From: an uncultured Pseudomonadota bacterium
GTDB lineage: Bacteria; Pseudomonadota; Alphaproteobacteria; UBA3830
Assembly (NCBI GenBank): GCA_902761495.1
Contig: CACWKL010000001.1
Span: forward strand, 1 to 58,053
Reading direction: 5' to 3'
DNA length: 58,053 nucleotides
Shown: positions 1 to 9,007 of the stretch, in pieces
Numbering within the stretch: position 1 is the first letter of the stretch
How the letters are laid out: every line of letters starts with the position of its first letter
Notes under the pieces: model-generated
Told to the model about the DNA's origin: nothing
The model's input: the letters and a program-made list of their open reading frames with translations, nothing else
The model's database searches: none
Made by a program: the position numbers and the translations under genes

Positions 1-139
1 ACATTCTATTATTTTTTTGATCTTATATTTGCTTAATCTGCTGTATTTCATGCCTTTTACCCTACATCTTTTTCAAGATGATGGTCTAGAGCCTTATTTA
101 TTACTATAAGCTCCGCACTTGAGCACTTCGCCGAAAGAT

Positions 140-1912
140 TTAGCCTAGCTGTGCATTATATAGAGAAGAATATATTCCGTCTTTCTTTCGAGAAAGTTGA
201 TTGTGCGTTCCGATCTCAACAATTTCTCCGTAGTTTACGACTGCGATTTTATCTGCGTTACGGACGGTTGATAATCGATGGGCGATAACCAACACGGTTT
301 TGTCCTCCATAAGATTATCAATAGCCTTCTGCACAATGGCTTCAGATTTGTTGTCCAGAGCGGAGGTCGCCTCATCTAAAACTACAATCGGGGAATTTTT
401 TATGAAAGCGCGAGCGATGGCAACTCGTTGCTTTTGTCCTCCTGACAGCAGAACGCCTCTCTCTCCGATCTTCGTATCCAATCCTTTTTTCAATCCGCCT
501 ATAAATTCGTTGAGACAAGCAGATTTTACTGCCGACTGCAATTCTTGCTCAGTTGCATCCTCTTTTCCCAATAAGATATTTTCGCGAATGGTCCCGTTAA
601 ACAAAAAATTATCTTGAAAAACGACGGAGATTTTATCCCGAAGTGAATCCAAATCTAAATCGCGAATGTCTTTTCCGTCGACTTCGATGCTTCCTCCAGT
701 CACGTCGTAAAATCGTGAGAGCAAGTTGACCAAAGTTGTCTTGCCGCCTCCGGAATTTCCGACAAAAGCCACTGTTTCGCCCAACTTTATTTTGAGATTT
801 ATATGTTTCAAAACTGGGCGACCTTTTACGTATTCAAAACACACGTCCTTATATTCGATTCCGTCGGAAATTTTTTTCAGAACTTTTGCTTGAGATTTGT
901 TTCGTATTTTCGGATCAGTTCGCAAGAGAGAAAAGACCCTTTCCATTGCCAGAAATGATAACTGCACCGCGTTAAGATCGTTGCCCATGGACTTTATCGG
1001 TTGGTACAGCATTATAACAGACGCTGTAAAGGCGGCGAATCCTCCGGCGGTCAGCATTCCTTTTCCTATTAAGTAATTTCCTGTGAAAATTATCAAGGCA
1101 ATACCGCATCCGACCACAAAGTGCATAATGGGAGACAGAATCCCCGTACGTTGCACCATTTTTATCATTATTTTGAAAGTTTCAGACAACACATAAGTGA
1201 ACTTTTTCTCCTGATAATCATAAAGATTGTAGGACGAAATGATTCGGTTTCCGTTGAAAGATTCTATATATTGTGAGGTGATTGCTCCTCCTGCCATGAC
1301 CGATTTTCCGGATAAATCAGAAATTCTTTTGCGAATGGTTGTTAATGGACAAAGAGCTATCAACAAAACAATTATTGCAACAATTGCCAACTGCCAAGAA
1401 ATTACCAACATTGCTGTGATATAAGACAGCGAAGTAAATATTCTCGTCGAGAACATCTTCAAATTATTCAATAAACCCGAGCACGCGGCGTCGACGTCGT
1501 TGTTAAATCTCATTTGAATTGTTCCCGAAACGCTCTGATCGAAGAACTCCGCGTCGCACCTCATCAATTTTTTGAAAAGATCGAACTTTAAGCCGTTGCT
1601 GATCTTGGCTCCGACCCATGCATTCATATAAGTTGCAAGATAAGTGAAACTACTTTGCAACAGGGTGAATCCGATAATTAACAACGGCATAATTTTGGTT
1701 AGCGTGGAAACATTTCCGTTCGTTATGGAATCTATATAGGTTTTCATGGCCCACGGAATTACTGCTTCCAAAGATCCTACAGGAACTGTTACCAATACTG
1801 CCAGCAACGCTCGTCCCCAATATGGTTTCACATAGGGATAAATATTTTTGTAATTTTGAAATATATACGATTTTTGTACTTTCCTTATAAATTTTCTAAA
1901 CATGGTACTCAT
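140..1912 (-). CDS. ABC transporter, fused permease/ATP-binding half transporter (MsbA/lipid-exporter-like)
   Basis: 590-aa ORF. N-terminal multi-TM domain followed by an NBD with Walker A GNSGGGKTT, signature LSGGQKQR, Walker B IVVLDEATSALD and H-loop IAHRLST. Confidence 0.85.
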   Translation of the reverse strand: MSTMFRKFIRKVQKSYIFQNYKNIYPYVKPYWGRALLAVLVTVPVGSLEAVIPWAMKTYIDSITNGNVSTLTKIMPLLIIGFTLLQSSFTYLATYMNAWVGAKISNGLKFDLFKKLMRCDAEFFDQSVSGTIQMRFNNDVDAACSGLLNNLKMFSTRIFTSLSYITAMLVISWQLAIVAIIVLLIALCPLTTIRKRISDLSGKSVMAGGAITSQYIESFNGNRIISSYNLYDYQEKKFTYVLSETFKIMIKMVQRTGILSPIMHFVVGCGIALIIFTGNYLIGKGMLTAGGFAAFTASVIMLYQPIKSMGNDLNAVQLSFLAMERVFSLLRTDPKIRNKSQAKVLKKISDGIEYKDVCFEYVKGRPVLKHINLKIKLGETVAFVGNSGGGKTTLVNLLSRFYDVTGGSIEVDGKDIRDLDLDSLRDKISVVFQDNFLFNGTIRENILLGKEDATEQELQSAVKSACLNEFIGGLKKGLDTKIGERGVLLSGGQKQRVAIARAFIKNSPIVVLDEATSALDNKSEAIVQKAIDNLMEDKTVLVIAHRLSTVRNADKIAVVNYGEIVEIGTHNQLSRKKDGIYSSLYNAQLG

Positions 1913-1981
1913 ACTTAATATCCCGGAATTGTATCACGACGAAAGTAATTTGGTCCAGGAATTAAACCAATTTAACGAAAA

Positions 1982-2299
1982 TTATACGTCTTGAGGAAGA
2001 AGAACAACAGTATCTTCAGGATAACAAAAACCAAGAACCCTTTCGGCTTGTTCTTCCAACAAATCTAAATCCAGACTGTCGGACCTCATTCCTTTAATTT
2101 TGTTGTTCAAAAAATCGTTTTCTTTTTTGACTTTAGTCAGCTCGGACTCCAAATCATCCGCCTCACGACTGAGAATCGTCCAAGAAATAACGCCTCTGCC
2201 TCCGATAACAATGTGATAAACAAAATACCCTGCGATGCAAACCCAAATCAAATTTGAAAAAATAGACTTCAGGTTATTTTTCGCGGACAGCGACAGCAT
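1982..2299 (-). CDS. ftsB: Septum formation initiator FtsB/DivIC-like protein
   Basis: 105-aa ORF. One N-terminal TM (IWVCIAGYFVYHIVI), then a short coiled coil (LESELTKVKKENDFLNNKIKGM) and an LLEEQAERVLG tail, as in FtsB/DivIC. Confidence 0.6.
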   Translation of the reverse strand: MLSLSAKNNLKSIFSNLIWVCIAGYFVYHIVIGGRGVISWTILSREADDLESELTKVKKENDFLNNKIKGMRSDSLDLDLLEEQAERVLGFCYPEDTVVLLPQDV

Positions 2300-2300
2300 T

Positions 2301-3143
2301 TTAGCAACTCATATCCTGATATGGAGTCGATTTCGCTAGTTCATCAAATTTTTTCATGGTAATCAGGAAATCTTTCACAACGTGCAGCGGAACCATATTC
2401 GGGCCGTCCGAAAAAGCATTTTTCGGATCAAAGTGAGTTTCGATATACAGGGCCGCAACTCCGATCGACACGGCAGACCTCGCCAGCGATTCGACATAAT
2501 CTCTGTTTCCTCCTGAAGCTCCGCCTAATCCTCCCGGCTCTTGCACGGAATGAGTCGCGTCGAATACCACGGGATACCCGAAATTCTTCATTATCTGCAA
2601 CGACCTCATATCGGATACCAAACGATTATATCCGAAGCAAGTGCCTCTTTCACATAACAATACGTTCTCGTTGCCCGACATCGTGACTTTCTTGTAGACA
2701 TTTTCCATGTCCCAAGGAGCCAGGAACTGTCCCTTTTTGATTTCCACGATCTTTCCCGTTTTTGCTGCAGCTATCAGCAAATCTGTTTGACGACACAAGA
2801 AAGCAGGAATTTGCAAAACATCGACTACTTCTGCGACCTCTGCACACTGCCAAGACTCGTGAACATCCGTAACAATCAAACAACCGAACTTTTCTTTTAA
2901 CTCTCGGAAAATTTCGAGAGCTTCTTCCATTGGCACGCCGCGGCGAGCATTTAAACTCGTGCGATTGGCTTTATCGAAAGAACTCTTGAAAATAAAAGGA
3001 ATTTTCAGTTCATTGGTGGTTTTTACCAGGGATTCTGCACATCGAAACGCGATATCGCGGCTTTCCAAGGCGCATGGACCTGCTATAAGAACGAAAGGCA
3101 AATTATTTGCGATCGAAATACTTCCTGCTTTAACTACCTTCAT
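2301..3143 (-). CDS. kdsA: 2-dehydro-3-deoxyphosphooctonate aldolase (KDO-8-phosphate synthase)
   Basis: 280-aa ORF with full-length KdsA pattern: [44 protein letters not shown]. Confidence 0.93.
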   Translation of the reverse strand: MKVVKAGSISIANNLPFVLIAGPCALESRDIAFRCAESLVKTTNELKIPFIFKSSFDKANRTSLNARRGVPMEEALEIFRELKEKFGCLIVTDVHESWQCAEVAEVVDVLQIPAFLCRQTDLLIAAAKTGKIVEIKKGQFLAPWDMENVYKKVTMSGNENVLLCERGTCFGYNRLVSDMRSLQIMKNFGYPVVFDATHSVQEPGGLGGASGGNRDYVESLARSAVSIGVAALYIETHFDPKNAFSDGPNMVPLHVVKDFLITMKKFDELAKSTPYQDMSC

Positions 3144-3152
3144 CTTCCCCTC

Positions 3153-3578
3153 TTATTTTTTTGTTGAATCCTTTGAAGCCGGTTTTGCAGGAGCTGGCTG
3201 CTTAGATGCTTTCGGCTGATCTGAATTGGACGAAGAAGTAGGCGCCGGCTTTTCGTCTGAAGCTGTTTCGGAATTCGCGCTACTATCTTTTTTCACCGGC
3301 AATATGCTTTCATTGGCAACTTTGTCGATAACGGAAACTTTTGAAGGTTTGTTTTTTGTGATCTTGGCCATAACCAAACAGTTGACCATAAAGATGGTCA
3401 TCAAAACGGCTGTAGATTTCGTCAAAATATTTGCTTGCCCCCTAACTGAGAACATTCCGCTGGCAGCACCACCACCGCTGGATCCTAAAGCTCCATCAGA
3501 ATCGTGCTTCTGTAACAAAACCAACCCGATAATCGCTAACGTAAGAGCAAAATGTAAACCCAATAAAACCGATAGCAT
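3153..3578 (-). CDS. secG: Preprotein translocase subunit SecG with a low-complexity C-terminal tail
   Basis: 141-aa ORF. Two-TM SecG core with a glycine-rich loop (LLQKHDSDGALGSSGGGAASGMFSVRG), then a Pro/Ser/Lys/Ala-rich tail. Confidence 0.85.
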   Translation of the reverse strand: MLSVLLGLHFALTLAIIGLVLLQKHDSDGALGSSGGGAASGMFSVRGQANILTKSTAVLMTIFMVNCLVMAKITKNKPSKVSVIDKVANESILPVKKDSSANSETASDEKPAPTSSSNSDQPKASKQPAPAKPASKDSTKK

Positions 3579-3587
3579 GATAACTCC

Positions 3588-3755
3588 TCATTCAAATTCA
3601 ATCGCGCAATTAGGACAGACTGACGCACAACACCCACAACTTAAGCAAATTTCCTTATCGATGACAACTTTTCCGTCCTTTTCAGAAATTGCTTTCACGG
3701 GGCAAATCTCCGCACACTCCAAGCACTTTTGGCACTTTTCAGCAATAATTTTCAC
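3588..3755 (-). CDS. Small 2x[4Fe-4S] ferredoxin (55 aa, GTG start), absent from the supplied ORF track
   Basis: Hand translation of the minus strand gives (M)KIIAEKCQKCLECAEICPVKAISEKDGKVVIDKEICLSCGCCASVCPNCAIEFE*. It has two CxxCxxCxxxCP clusters. A GAGG RBS lies 7 nt upstream of the GTG at 3755. Stop TGA at 3588-3590. Confidence 0.75.
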   Translation of the reverse strand: MKIIAEKCQKCLECAEICPVKAISEKDGKVVIDKEICLSCGCCASVCPNCAIEFE

Positions 3756-3946
3756 AGTCTTACCTCAATAACATCGCCCAATGATAACTGTTTTCAAATT
3801 AAAGAGCAAGAAGCAGAGGAGGTTATTTGCGGAGATAGAAAATTCTCGATTTTGAGAGATTAGTTCGTTTCCTCTTCTCATAAAAATATTTTTCAAAATC
3901 GTTAACCATTTATTAATAAACGACCAGACAAGATTAACTACGTACA

Positions 3947-5614
3947 GTGGGGAGTAAAAAGTTGAAAAAAATTTTGTTTGTTTTTCTGATATACGTTCCG
4001 AGTTTGGCGATGGATCCATCATCTTATGAGACTCGTTTGGAAAATGTTGAAACTGCAGTAGTAGAGATCAAAGATGTTCTGAATGATAAGACAGATTCTT
4101 CCACAGGAGAAATAACTCCGGGACTAAAAACAAAAGTAGAAGGTATCGAAGATGTTTTGAATGACAAAGAAGACCCAGAGACGCACATAAAGGTAGTTGG
4201 ATTGATATCACAAGTAGAAGAAATAAATAATGCTTTAGATGATGTTACAGATTTTTCCACAGGAGAAATAACTCTCGGACTAAAATCAAGAGTAAAGGAT
4301 ATTGAGGATATTTTGGATGAGGGAGAAACAGTTCCAGGATTAAAAGTAAAAGTGGATGAGATTAGTACTACATTGAAGAATGAAGGAATTCCAGGACTAA
4401 AAACAAAAGTAGATGGGATTGATACCACATTGAAGAATGAAGGAATTCCAGGACTAAAAACAAAAGTGGATGAGATTAATGCCACATTGAAGAATGAAGG
4501 AATTCCAGGACTAAAAACAAAAGTGGATGAGATTAATGCCACATTGAAGAATGAAGGAATTCCGGGACTAAAAACAAAAGTGGATGAGATTAATGCCACT
4601 TTGAGTAATGAAGGAATTCCGGGACTGAAATCAAAAGTAGAGAATAATATGACAAAAATAGATAATCTTACGGATATTGTGTCAGGAATATCTGCAATTA
4701 TAACTAAGTTACAAGCGAATATTGCAGGGATAGCCTTAAGTGTAAATACTCTCCAAAGAGATATGTATGACCAAGTAGATCCTGAGACGCAAAAAGTAAC
4801 TCCCGGATTAAAAACATTGGTAGAAACTAATATACCCCTTATAAAGCCTCTTCAAGATGAGGTAGAAGGTATAGCATTAGGAATATCAGGACTAACCGCC
4901 GCAATATCAGGGCTTCCTGAAATAATTAAGAATATAAATGAAAAAATAGATAAAGGATGGGATACGTTTCTGGAGGAGAAATTTCAAGAATATATGGAAG
5001 TTAAAAAGAAGGTTCTTGATATCATTGCAAAGTGCAAAACTGATGAAGAGCCAATTCCGACCTATATTGTTGAGACGTCTGAGCAATTGCAGGCAATGGA
5101 TTTAGAGATGCGCCGCTTGGTTCTTTCCGAGATTTTGACCAAACTAAAAGTCTTTGAATTTCTGCTGGACAGTAAAAACAATCCGATATTAGACAGCAAT
5201 AAAATGAAATCTCTTCAGACTTACTTGGATAATACCAATGTTCCTAAACCTGATTTGAAAGAAATTCAACCAACCCTTAGCTACGTCATTGAGGGAGAAT
5301 ACATAAAAGTATCCGGTGAGACCCGAAAATTCACCAGATCGGCAGGATTTAAGACAGGGCTTCCAAAGGAGAATTGGATGGATCAATCCTGCGATTATTT
5401 TGCATATGGATTTCTTCCCGTTCTGAAAGATGTTATATTTCCGGAAAATGACGAGCGTGGTGATATCAATGAACAAATTAGGAAGGAGAACGCGAAAGCT
5501 CAGGCAGCGTATGATGCGGGAATTAGTGCTGCTGAGAAAGAGGCTTTTCCAGCGGATAATCTGACAACTCTTATAAATGATTACAATCGGATATTACTTC
5601 ATCATGAGATTTAG
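3947..5614 (+). CDS. Orphan secreted repeat protein (PGLK[TS]KV motif about 10 times, 19-aa tandem repeats, coiled-coil-like middle, unique C-terminal domain)
   Basis: 555-aa ORF. The likely true start is TTG at 3962, 7 nt after a GGGGAG RBS, giving MKKILFVFLIYVPSLA as a signal peptide. I recognise no family. Confidence 0.8.
   Translation: MGSKKLKKILFVFLIYVPSLAMDPSSYETRLENVETAVVEIKDVLNDKTDSSTGEITPGLKTKVEGIEDVLNDKEDPETHIKVVGLISQVEEINNALDDVTDFSTGEITLGLKSRVKDIEDILDEGETVPGLKVKVDEISTTLKNEGIPGLKTKVDGIDTTLKNEGIPGLKTKVDEINATLKNEGIPGLKTKVDEINATLKNEGIPGLKTKVDEINATLSNEGIPGLKSKVENNMTKIDNLTDIVSGISAIITKLQANIAGIALSVNTLQRDMYDQVDPETQKVTPGLKTLVETNIPLIKPLQDEVEGIALGISGLTAAISGLPEIIKNINEKIDKGWDTFLEEKFQEYMEVKKKVLDIIAKCKTDEEPIPTYIVETSEQLQAMDLEMRRLVLSEILTKLKVFEFLLDSKNNPILDSNKMKSLQTYLDNTNVPKPDLKEIQPTLSYVIEGEYIKVSGETRKFTRSAGFKTGLPKENWMDQSCDYFAYGFLPVLKDVIFPENDERGDINEQIRKENAKAQAAYDAGISAAEKEAFPADNLTTLINDYNRILLHHEI
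4371..4655 (+). repeat. In-frame 57-bp tandem repeat array (about 5 units) inside the 3947-5614 CDS
   Basis: Units start at 4371, 4428, 4485, 4542 and 4599. Units 4428-4484 and 4485-4541 are identical and the neighbours differ by a few bases. Each encodes NEGIPGLKTKVDEINATLK. More degenerate copies extend upstream to about 4100. Confidence 0.9.
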
Positions 5615-5661
5615 TTGATTGTATTCGCAGAGGGTTTTTGTGAAGTTTATGAATTAGATAC

Positions 5662-5688
5662 AAAAAAGGACACCCACGCGGAGTACCC
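5662..5688 (-). terminator. Possible rho-independent terminator downstream of the ankyrin relic
   Basis: Minus strand reads GGGUAC-UCCGCGUGG-GUGUCC (6-bp stem with G-U pairs) followed by UUUUUUG. Confidence 0.3.
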
Positions 5689-5719
5689 TTTTGGAGACAG
5701 TTATTTTTCTTCTTTCATG

Positions 5720-6181
5720 CTATTTGTTATGAGCGGCCAGACGGTTTTGTGTAAATTGGCTCTTAGTTCCATTTTCTACTAATAATTGCGATATTTCCTG
5801 ATATCCCTTGTTATTAGCTCCACTCAGCGGAGTCCATCCATTTATATCTGCTGCATTAACAAAAGCATCGTGATCTAACAAAACCTGAACTATCCTTTAT
5901 TGCCAGCCTGCACAGCCTTCATGCAGCGAAGTCCATCCGTCATTAGACTGTCTATTGATTTTTGATCCTTTTTCGATCAGATATTTCACCAAATCTACCG
6001 AATTTTCAAAATTCGTCACGATTGCATGGTTCAAAAGCCCCATTCCATTATTATCTGTCGCGTTAACACTTACTCCATGCTCTATCAGATATTTTGCGAT
6101 ATCTACGTGGTTATTCTGGATAGCGATTTCTGTAGAAGATGCGCCATTGCTGGCTTTTTTATTGAGGTCTGCTCCGTATAT
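5720..6181 (-). pseudogene. Ankyrin-repeat protein gene relic (5'-truncated, with an internal in-frame stop)
   Basis: The minus-strand frame reads ...GADLNKKASNGASSTEIAIQNNHVDIAKYLIEHGVSVNATDNNGMGLLNHAI...DGWTSLHEGCAGWQ*RIVQVLLDHDAFVNAADINGWTPLSGANNKGYQEISQLLVENG...*. It has 4 ANK-like units and a TAA at 5897-5899. There is no start codon upstream, and the frame is closed by TAG at 6182-6184. Confidence 0.7.
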
Positions 6182-6286
6182 CTATAACCTCAATTGATTA
6201 TATAAGGGCGAATTTGAGAACAAAGAAGGAACGGGTCAAAATTTTTTTACATTTTTTGATAAAGAAGGAATTTTATTTCAGTTTTT

Positions 6287-6655
6287 GTGAAGTCTATAAG
6301 CCGGATTCTGTAAGATCTTGCGATCTCGATGGCTATTCATCTAGCATCTGCGTTACCGCAGATATCTAGCAACCTACCCGAATAACATAGTGTGAAGGAC
6401 ACGTTATTCCTATTTGGTCTTGCTCCAAGTGGGGTTTGTACTGCCGCGCCTGTTACCAAGCACGCGGTGAGCTCTTACCTCGCCTTTTCAACCTTACCCG
6501 AAGTCGGGCGGTATATTTTCTGTTACACTTTCCCTGGTGCCACCGTTGAAAATTACGAAAATCATCCAAACGACGACACCGCCGGGCGTTACCCGGCACT
6601 TTCCTTCAAGGAGTCCGGACTTTCCTCTGCATTAGCAGTAGCCATCCGACTTCAC
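6287..6655 (-). ncRNA. rnpB: RNase P RNA, bacterial type A
   Basis: The reverse complement contains GAGGAAAGUCCGGACUCC, GUGCCGGGUAACGCCCGGC, GGUAAGAGCUCACCGCG, CCAAAUAGG and ACAGAAUCCGGCUUAUAG. The order and spacing match E. coli M1 RNA. P1 pairs 5' GAAGUC with 3' GACUUC. Ends are approximate to within a few nt. Confidence 0.9.
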
Positions 6656-6738
6656 AAAAACGGTACATTCTAACATATCGAGCGAAATCATTCTATCATG
6701 GTGACTCAAATACTTTTCCGTAACTCAATGGTTTCGAT

Positions 6739-7413
6739 TTACACGTTCAAATATTTTCTGACAAAATTCAGACTGAGAGGTTTTTTTTGCTGCAAGGATA
6801 GCTTGTCCAACGTTTTTAAAATACGTGAAATTTCAGGTATATCTCGTTGGCACATTGTTAGAATATATTCCACGATATTGTTCGCAATTTCTATGTTGTA
6901 ATCTCGCGCCAATTTTTTCGTAACTTTGAAAAGCAACTCATCACTGTGGCTGGATATTCTCACGACCGGCAGCAAATTTAATCTTGATTTCAGATCCGGA
7001 AGAGAGATGTTCCATAGCGCCGGCGGAGTTACATCAGTGATCAAAAAAGATCGATGCTTTTCTTTTGCAATGTTATAAAAATCGAATAACCAACGCTGAT
7101 CTGTCAGAAAATCCTGAAAGTTATCGAACACAAAATTGCAATTATTATCTTTCGTGTGCAGAAATAAATCGCGAGGATCATTATTTACGCAACTTTTCAG
7201 GACGCAGACTGCGTTCGCGGATTGTGCCCATAAAGAAGCCAAATGAGTTTTTCCGACGCCATGTTCTCCGACAATTATCAGTCCGTTGGAGTTCCAATTC
7301 GGCCAACGAGTAAGGTAGGTCAGAGCGTCGCGATTTTCAGCGCTTTCAATAAAGTCCTTCCAACTTAAACTTTCTTCTTTCGAAAAATCAAAGACCTGCT
7401 GAACTGTTCTCAT
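6739..7413 (-). CDS. hdaA: DnaA regulatory inactivator HdaA (DnaA-related AAA+ protein)
   Basis: 224-aa ORF. Has the WPNW motif, P-loop GEHGVGKTHLASLW, and the size and layout of alphaproteobacterial HdaA. Confidence 0.75.
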   Translation of the reverse strand: MRTVQQVFDFSKEESLSWKDFIESAENRDALTYLTRWPNWNSNGLIIVGEHGVGKTHLASLWAQSANAVCVLKSCVNNDPRDLFLHTKDNNCNFVFDNFQDFLTDQRWLFDFYNIAKEKHRSFLITDVTPPALWNISLPDLKSRLNLLPVVRISSHSDELLFKVTKKLARDYNIEIANNIVEYILTMCQRDIPEISRILKTLDKLSLQQKKPLSLNFVRKYLNV

Positions 7414-7431
7414 AATTTTCTCGGAGTGGCT

Positions 7432-8511
7432 TCATTGCTTATACATTGGGCTGGCTTTGAATTTATATACTCCGAAATTTATTAAGTCTCGAAGCATTGC
7501 GATCACGGGAATGGAAATCAAAACCCCGAGAATATTTAGTAATTTGAATCCGGCAAAAAAAGCGAACAATATCCAAAGAGGGTGTAAACCTGTTCCTTTT
7601 CCGACAAATTTTGGCGACAGAATGTATCCCTCAATAATCTGTCCCAGAGCATAGATTGCGAGCAAAATCCAAAGTTTTGTTACTGTCAACGAAGATATTG
7701 AGAGGAAAATTACTATAAAGCAAGCTATCATGGCACCAATGAAAGGAATAAATGAGAGCAAACCTGAGAATAATCCGAAAAACAAGCTGTGATCTATTCC
7801 GATGACCTGAAGGCATATCGCGTAGTAAGCGAACAGCATCAGTACTACGGAGAATTGCGCATGGAAAAATCTTCGAAACGATTCTCTTATGATTAAAAAA
7901 ATTTCGGTTAAAAATTCGTGATGTCTGGGTGGCACGAGGTCATACACCTTTGCTGATAATTTTTTCCAATCTCTTGAAAAGTAATAGAAGGAAATAGGGG
8001 CGATTATAAAAAATGACATCCATTCTGCGATGGTACTTTTTCGGGAAGCAATTCCCTTTAGCACAGAAGTTAATATCAGTAACTTTTGATTTGTATACTT
8101 CTGCAGTTCCTGCTTCAGACTTTCTATTTCCGCCTGATAAGGCGCGGCAGTTTGGGAAGAAATGAATTGATCCGAGAACTTTACAAAATCGTCATAATAT
8201 TTCGGAATATTTTCTACTACGTATAGTATATATTCTTTGGTTTTCGGAATGAAAATTAATCCAGCCGAAACAAATACTGCTACAAATAGAATAACAAATG
8301 AAAAACTTATCAAAGATCTGTTGACATATTTAGAGGAGAAATTTACCACGGGCGCGAACAGGTAAGCCAAAACAAATCCGAACACGAAAGGAAAAGAAAT
8401 ATCCGAAAATGCGTAAAAAAAGGAAGCGATACAAACTAATACAAAAACCAGGAGAAAAATTTTTCTGTCACGAGCATAATTCATTCTTAACCCATTTATA
8501 CCTTTTCGCAT
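7432..8511 (-). CDS. AI-2E family transporter (PerM/UPF0118-like permease)
   Basis: 359-aa polytopic membrane ORF with the characteristic central soluble insert and a C-terminal GLHPLWILFA-type segment. The start may be the internal Met at 8484. Confidence 0.75.
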   Translation of the reverse strand: MRKGINGLRMNYARDRKIFLLVFVLVCIASFFYAFSDISFPFVFGFVLAYLFAPVVNFSSKYVNRSLISFSFVILFVAVFVSAGLIFIPKTKEYILYVVENIPKYYDDFVKFSDQFISSQTAAPYQAEIESLKQELQKYTNQKLLILTSVLKGIASRKSTIAEWMSFFIIAPISFYYFSRDWKKLSAKVYDLVPPRHHEFLTEIFLIIRESFRRFFHAQFSVVLMLFAYYAICLQVIGIDHSLFFGLFSGLLSFIPFIGAMIACFIVIFLSISSLTVTKLWILLAIYALGQIIEGYILSPKFVGKGTGLHPLWILFAFFAGFKLLNILGVLISIPVIAMLRDLINFGVYKFKASPMYKQ

Positions 8512-9007
8512 AGTCCAGTCCGGAATAAATTGTCATTCCGCAAACAAACAAAACCAACAGGTCTAATGATAAATTGATTGAGGACGTCTTGCAAGTCAAT
8601 ACCAACATCACGAATACCAATTGCACCGTCGTGTTGATCTTACTGGACATAAGAGGCGAAAACTTCAGTTCGATTTTTTTTACCAAGCAAATTAATACGA
8701 CAGCGAGGATCAGCAAATCTCGCAGAATTACCACGATGGCCAGGTAGTACGGGATAATTTTTTCATGAGCAAACAGCAGATACGACACGAACATCAATAT
8801 TTTGTCGGCAAGCGGATCTATCATGGCTCCGAATTTTGAGGTAATTTTGAACTTACGAGCGATATATCCGTCCAAAAAATCCGAAATTGCTGCCACGGAA
8901 AAAATGACCAATGCCACGACGAACTCACCACTTAAGAAAACCGGAACGAACAAGAACGCCAGCAATATTCTTAATATGGTGATGAGGTTAGGGATGAATT
9001 TCAGCAT
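8468..9007 (-). CDS. pgsA: CDP-diacylglycerol--glycerol-3-phosphate 3-phosphatidyltransferase
   Basis: 179-aa ORF with the CDP-alcohol phosphatidyltransferase motif DFLDGYIARKF...GAMIDPLADKIL and an N-terminal PNLITILRI. Confidence 0.85.
   Translation of the reverse strand: MLKFIPNLITILRILLAFLFVPVFLSGEFVVALVIFSVAAISDFLDGYIARKFKITSKFGAMIDPLADKILMFVSYLLFAHEKIIPYYLAIVVILRDLLILAVVLICLVKKIELKFSPLMSSKINTTVQLVFVMLVLTCKTSSINLSLDLLVLFVCGMTIYSGLDYAKRYKWVKNELCS

Noticed and set aside
1-51. Possible 5' end of a minus-strand gene running off the left edge (MKYSRLSKYKIKKIIEC...)
   Set aside because: Only 17 codons are visible, which is not enough to call.
3153-3359. Long Pro/Ser/Lys/Ala-rich tail on SecG as a novel domain
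   Set aside because: It is low-complexity. Comparable variable tails may occur on SecG in other alphaproteobacteria, and there is no structural or motif content to interpret.
3226-3771. 181-aa plus-strand ORF from the track
   Set aside because: It is the antisense shadow of secG (3153-3578) and the ferredoxin ORF (3588-3755). It has no RBS and a low-complexity translation. Both minus-strand genes have strong family motifs.
4024-4599. 191-aa minus-strand ORF with its own striking repeats (SPGIPSFFNVALISSTFVF...)
   Set aside because: Its periodicity is simply the reverse-complement reading of the 57-bp repeat. The plus-strand frame has a signal peptide and RBS and continues well beyond the repeat.
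4371-4655. Possible CRISPR array because of regularly spaced identical repeats
   Set aside because: The units are directly abutting with no unique spacers. They are in frame within a long ORF, and no cas genes are nearby.
6392-6673. 93-aa plus-strand ORF
   Set aside because: It lies entirely within the RNase P RNA gene on the opposite strand.
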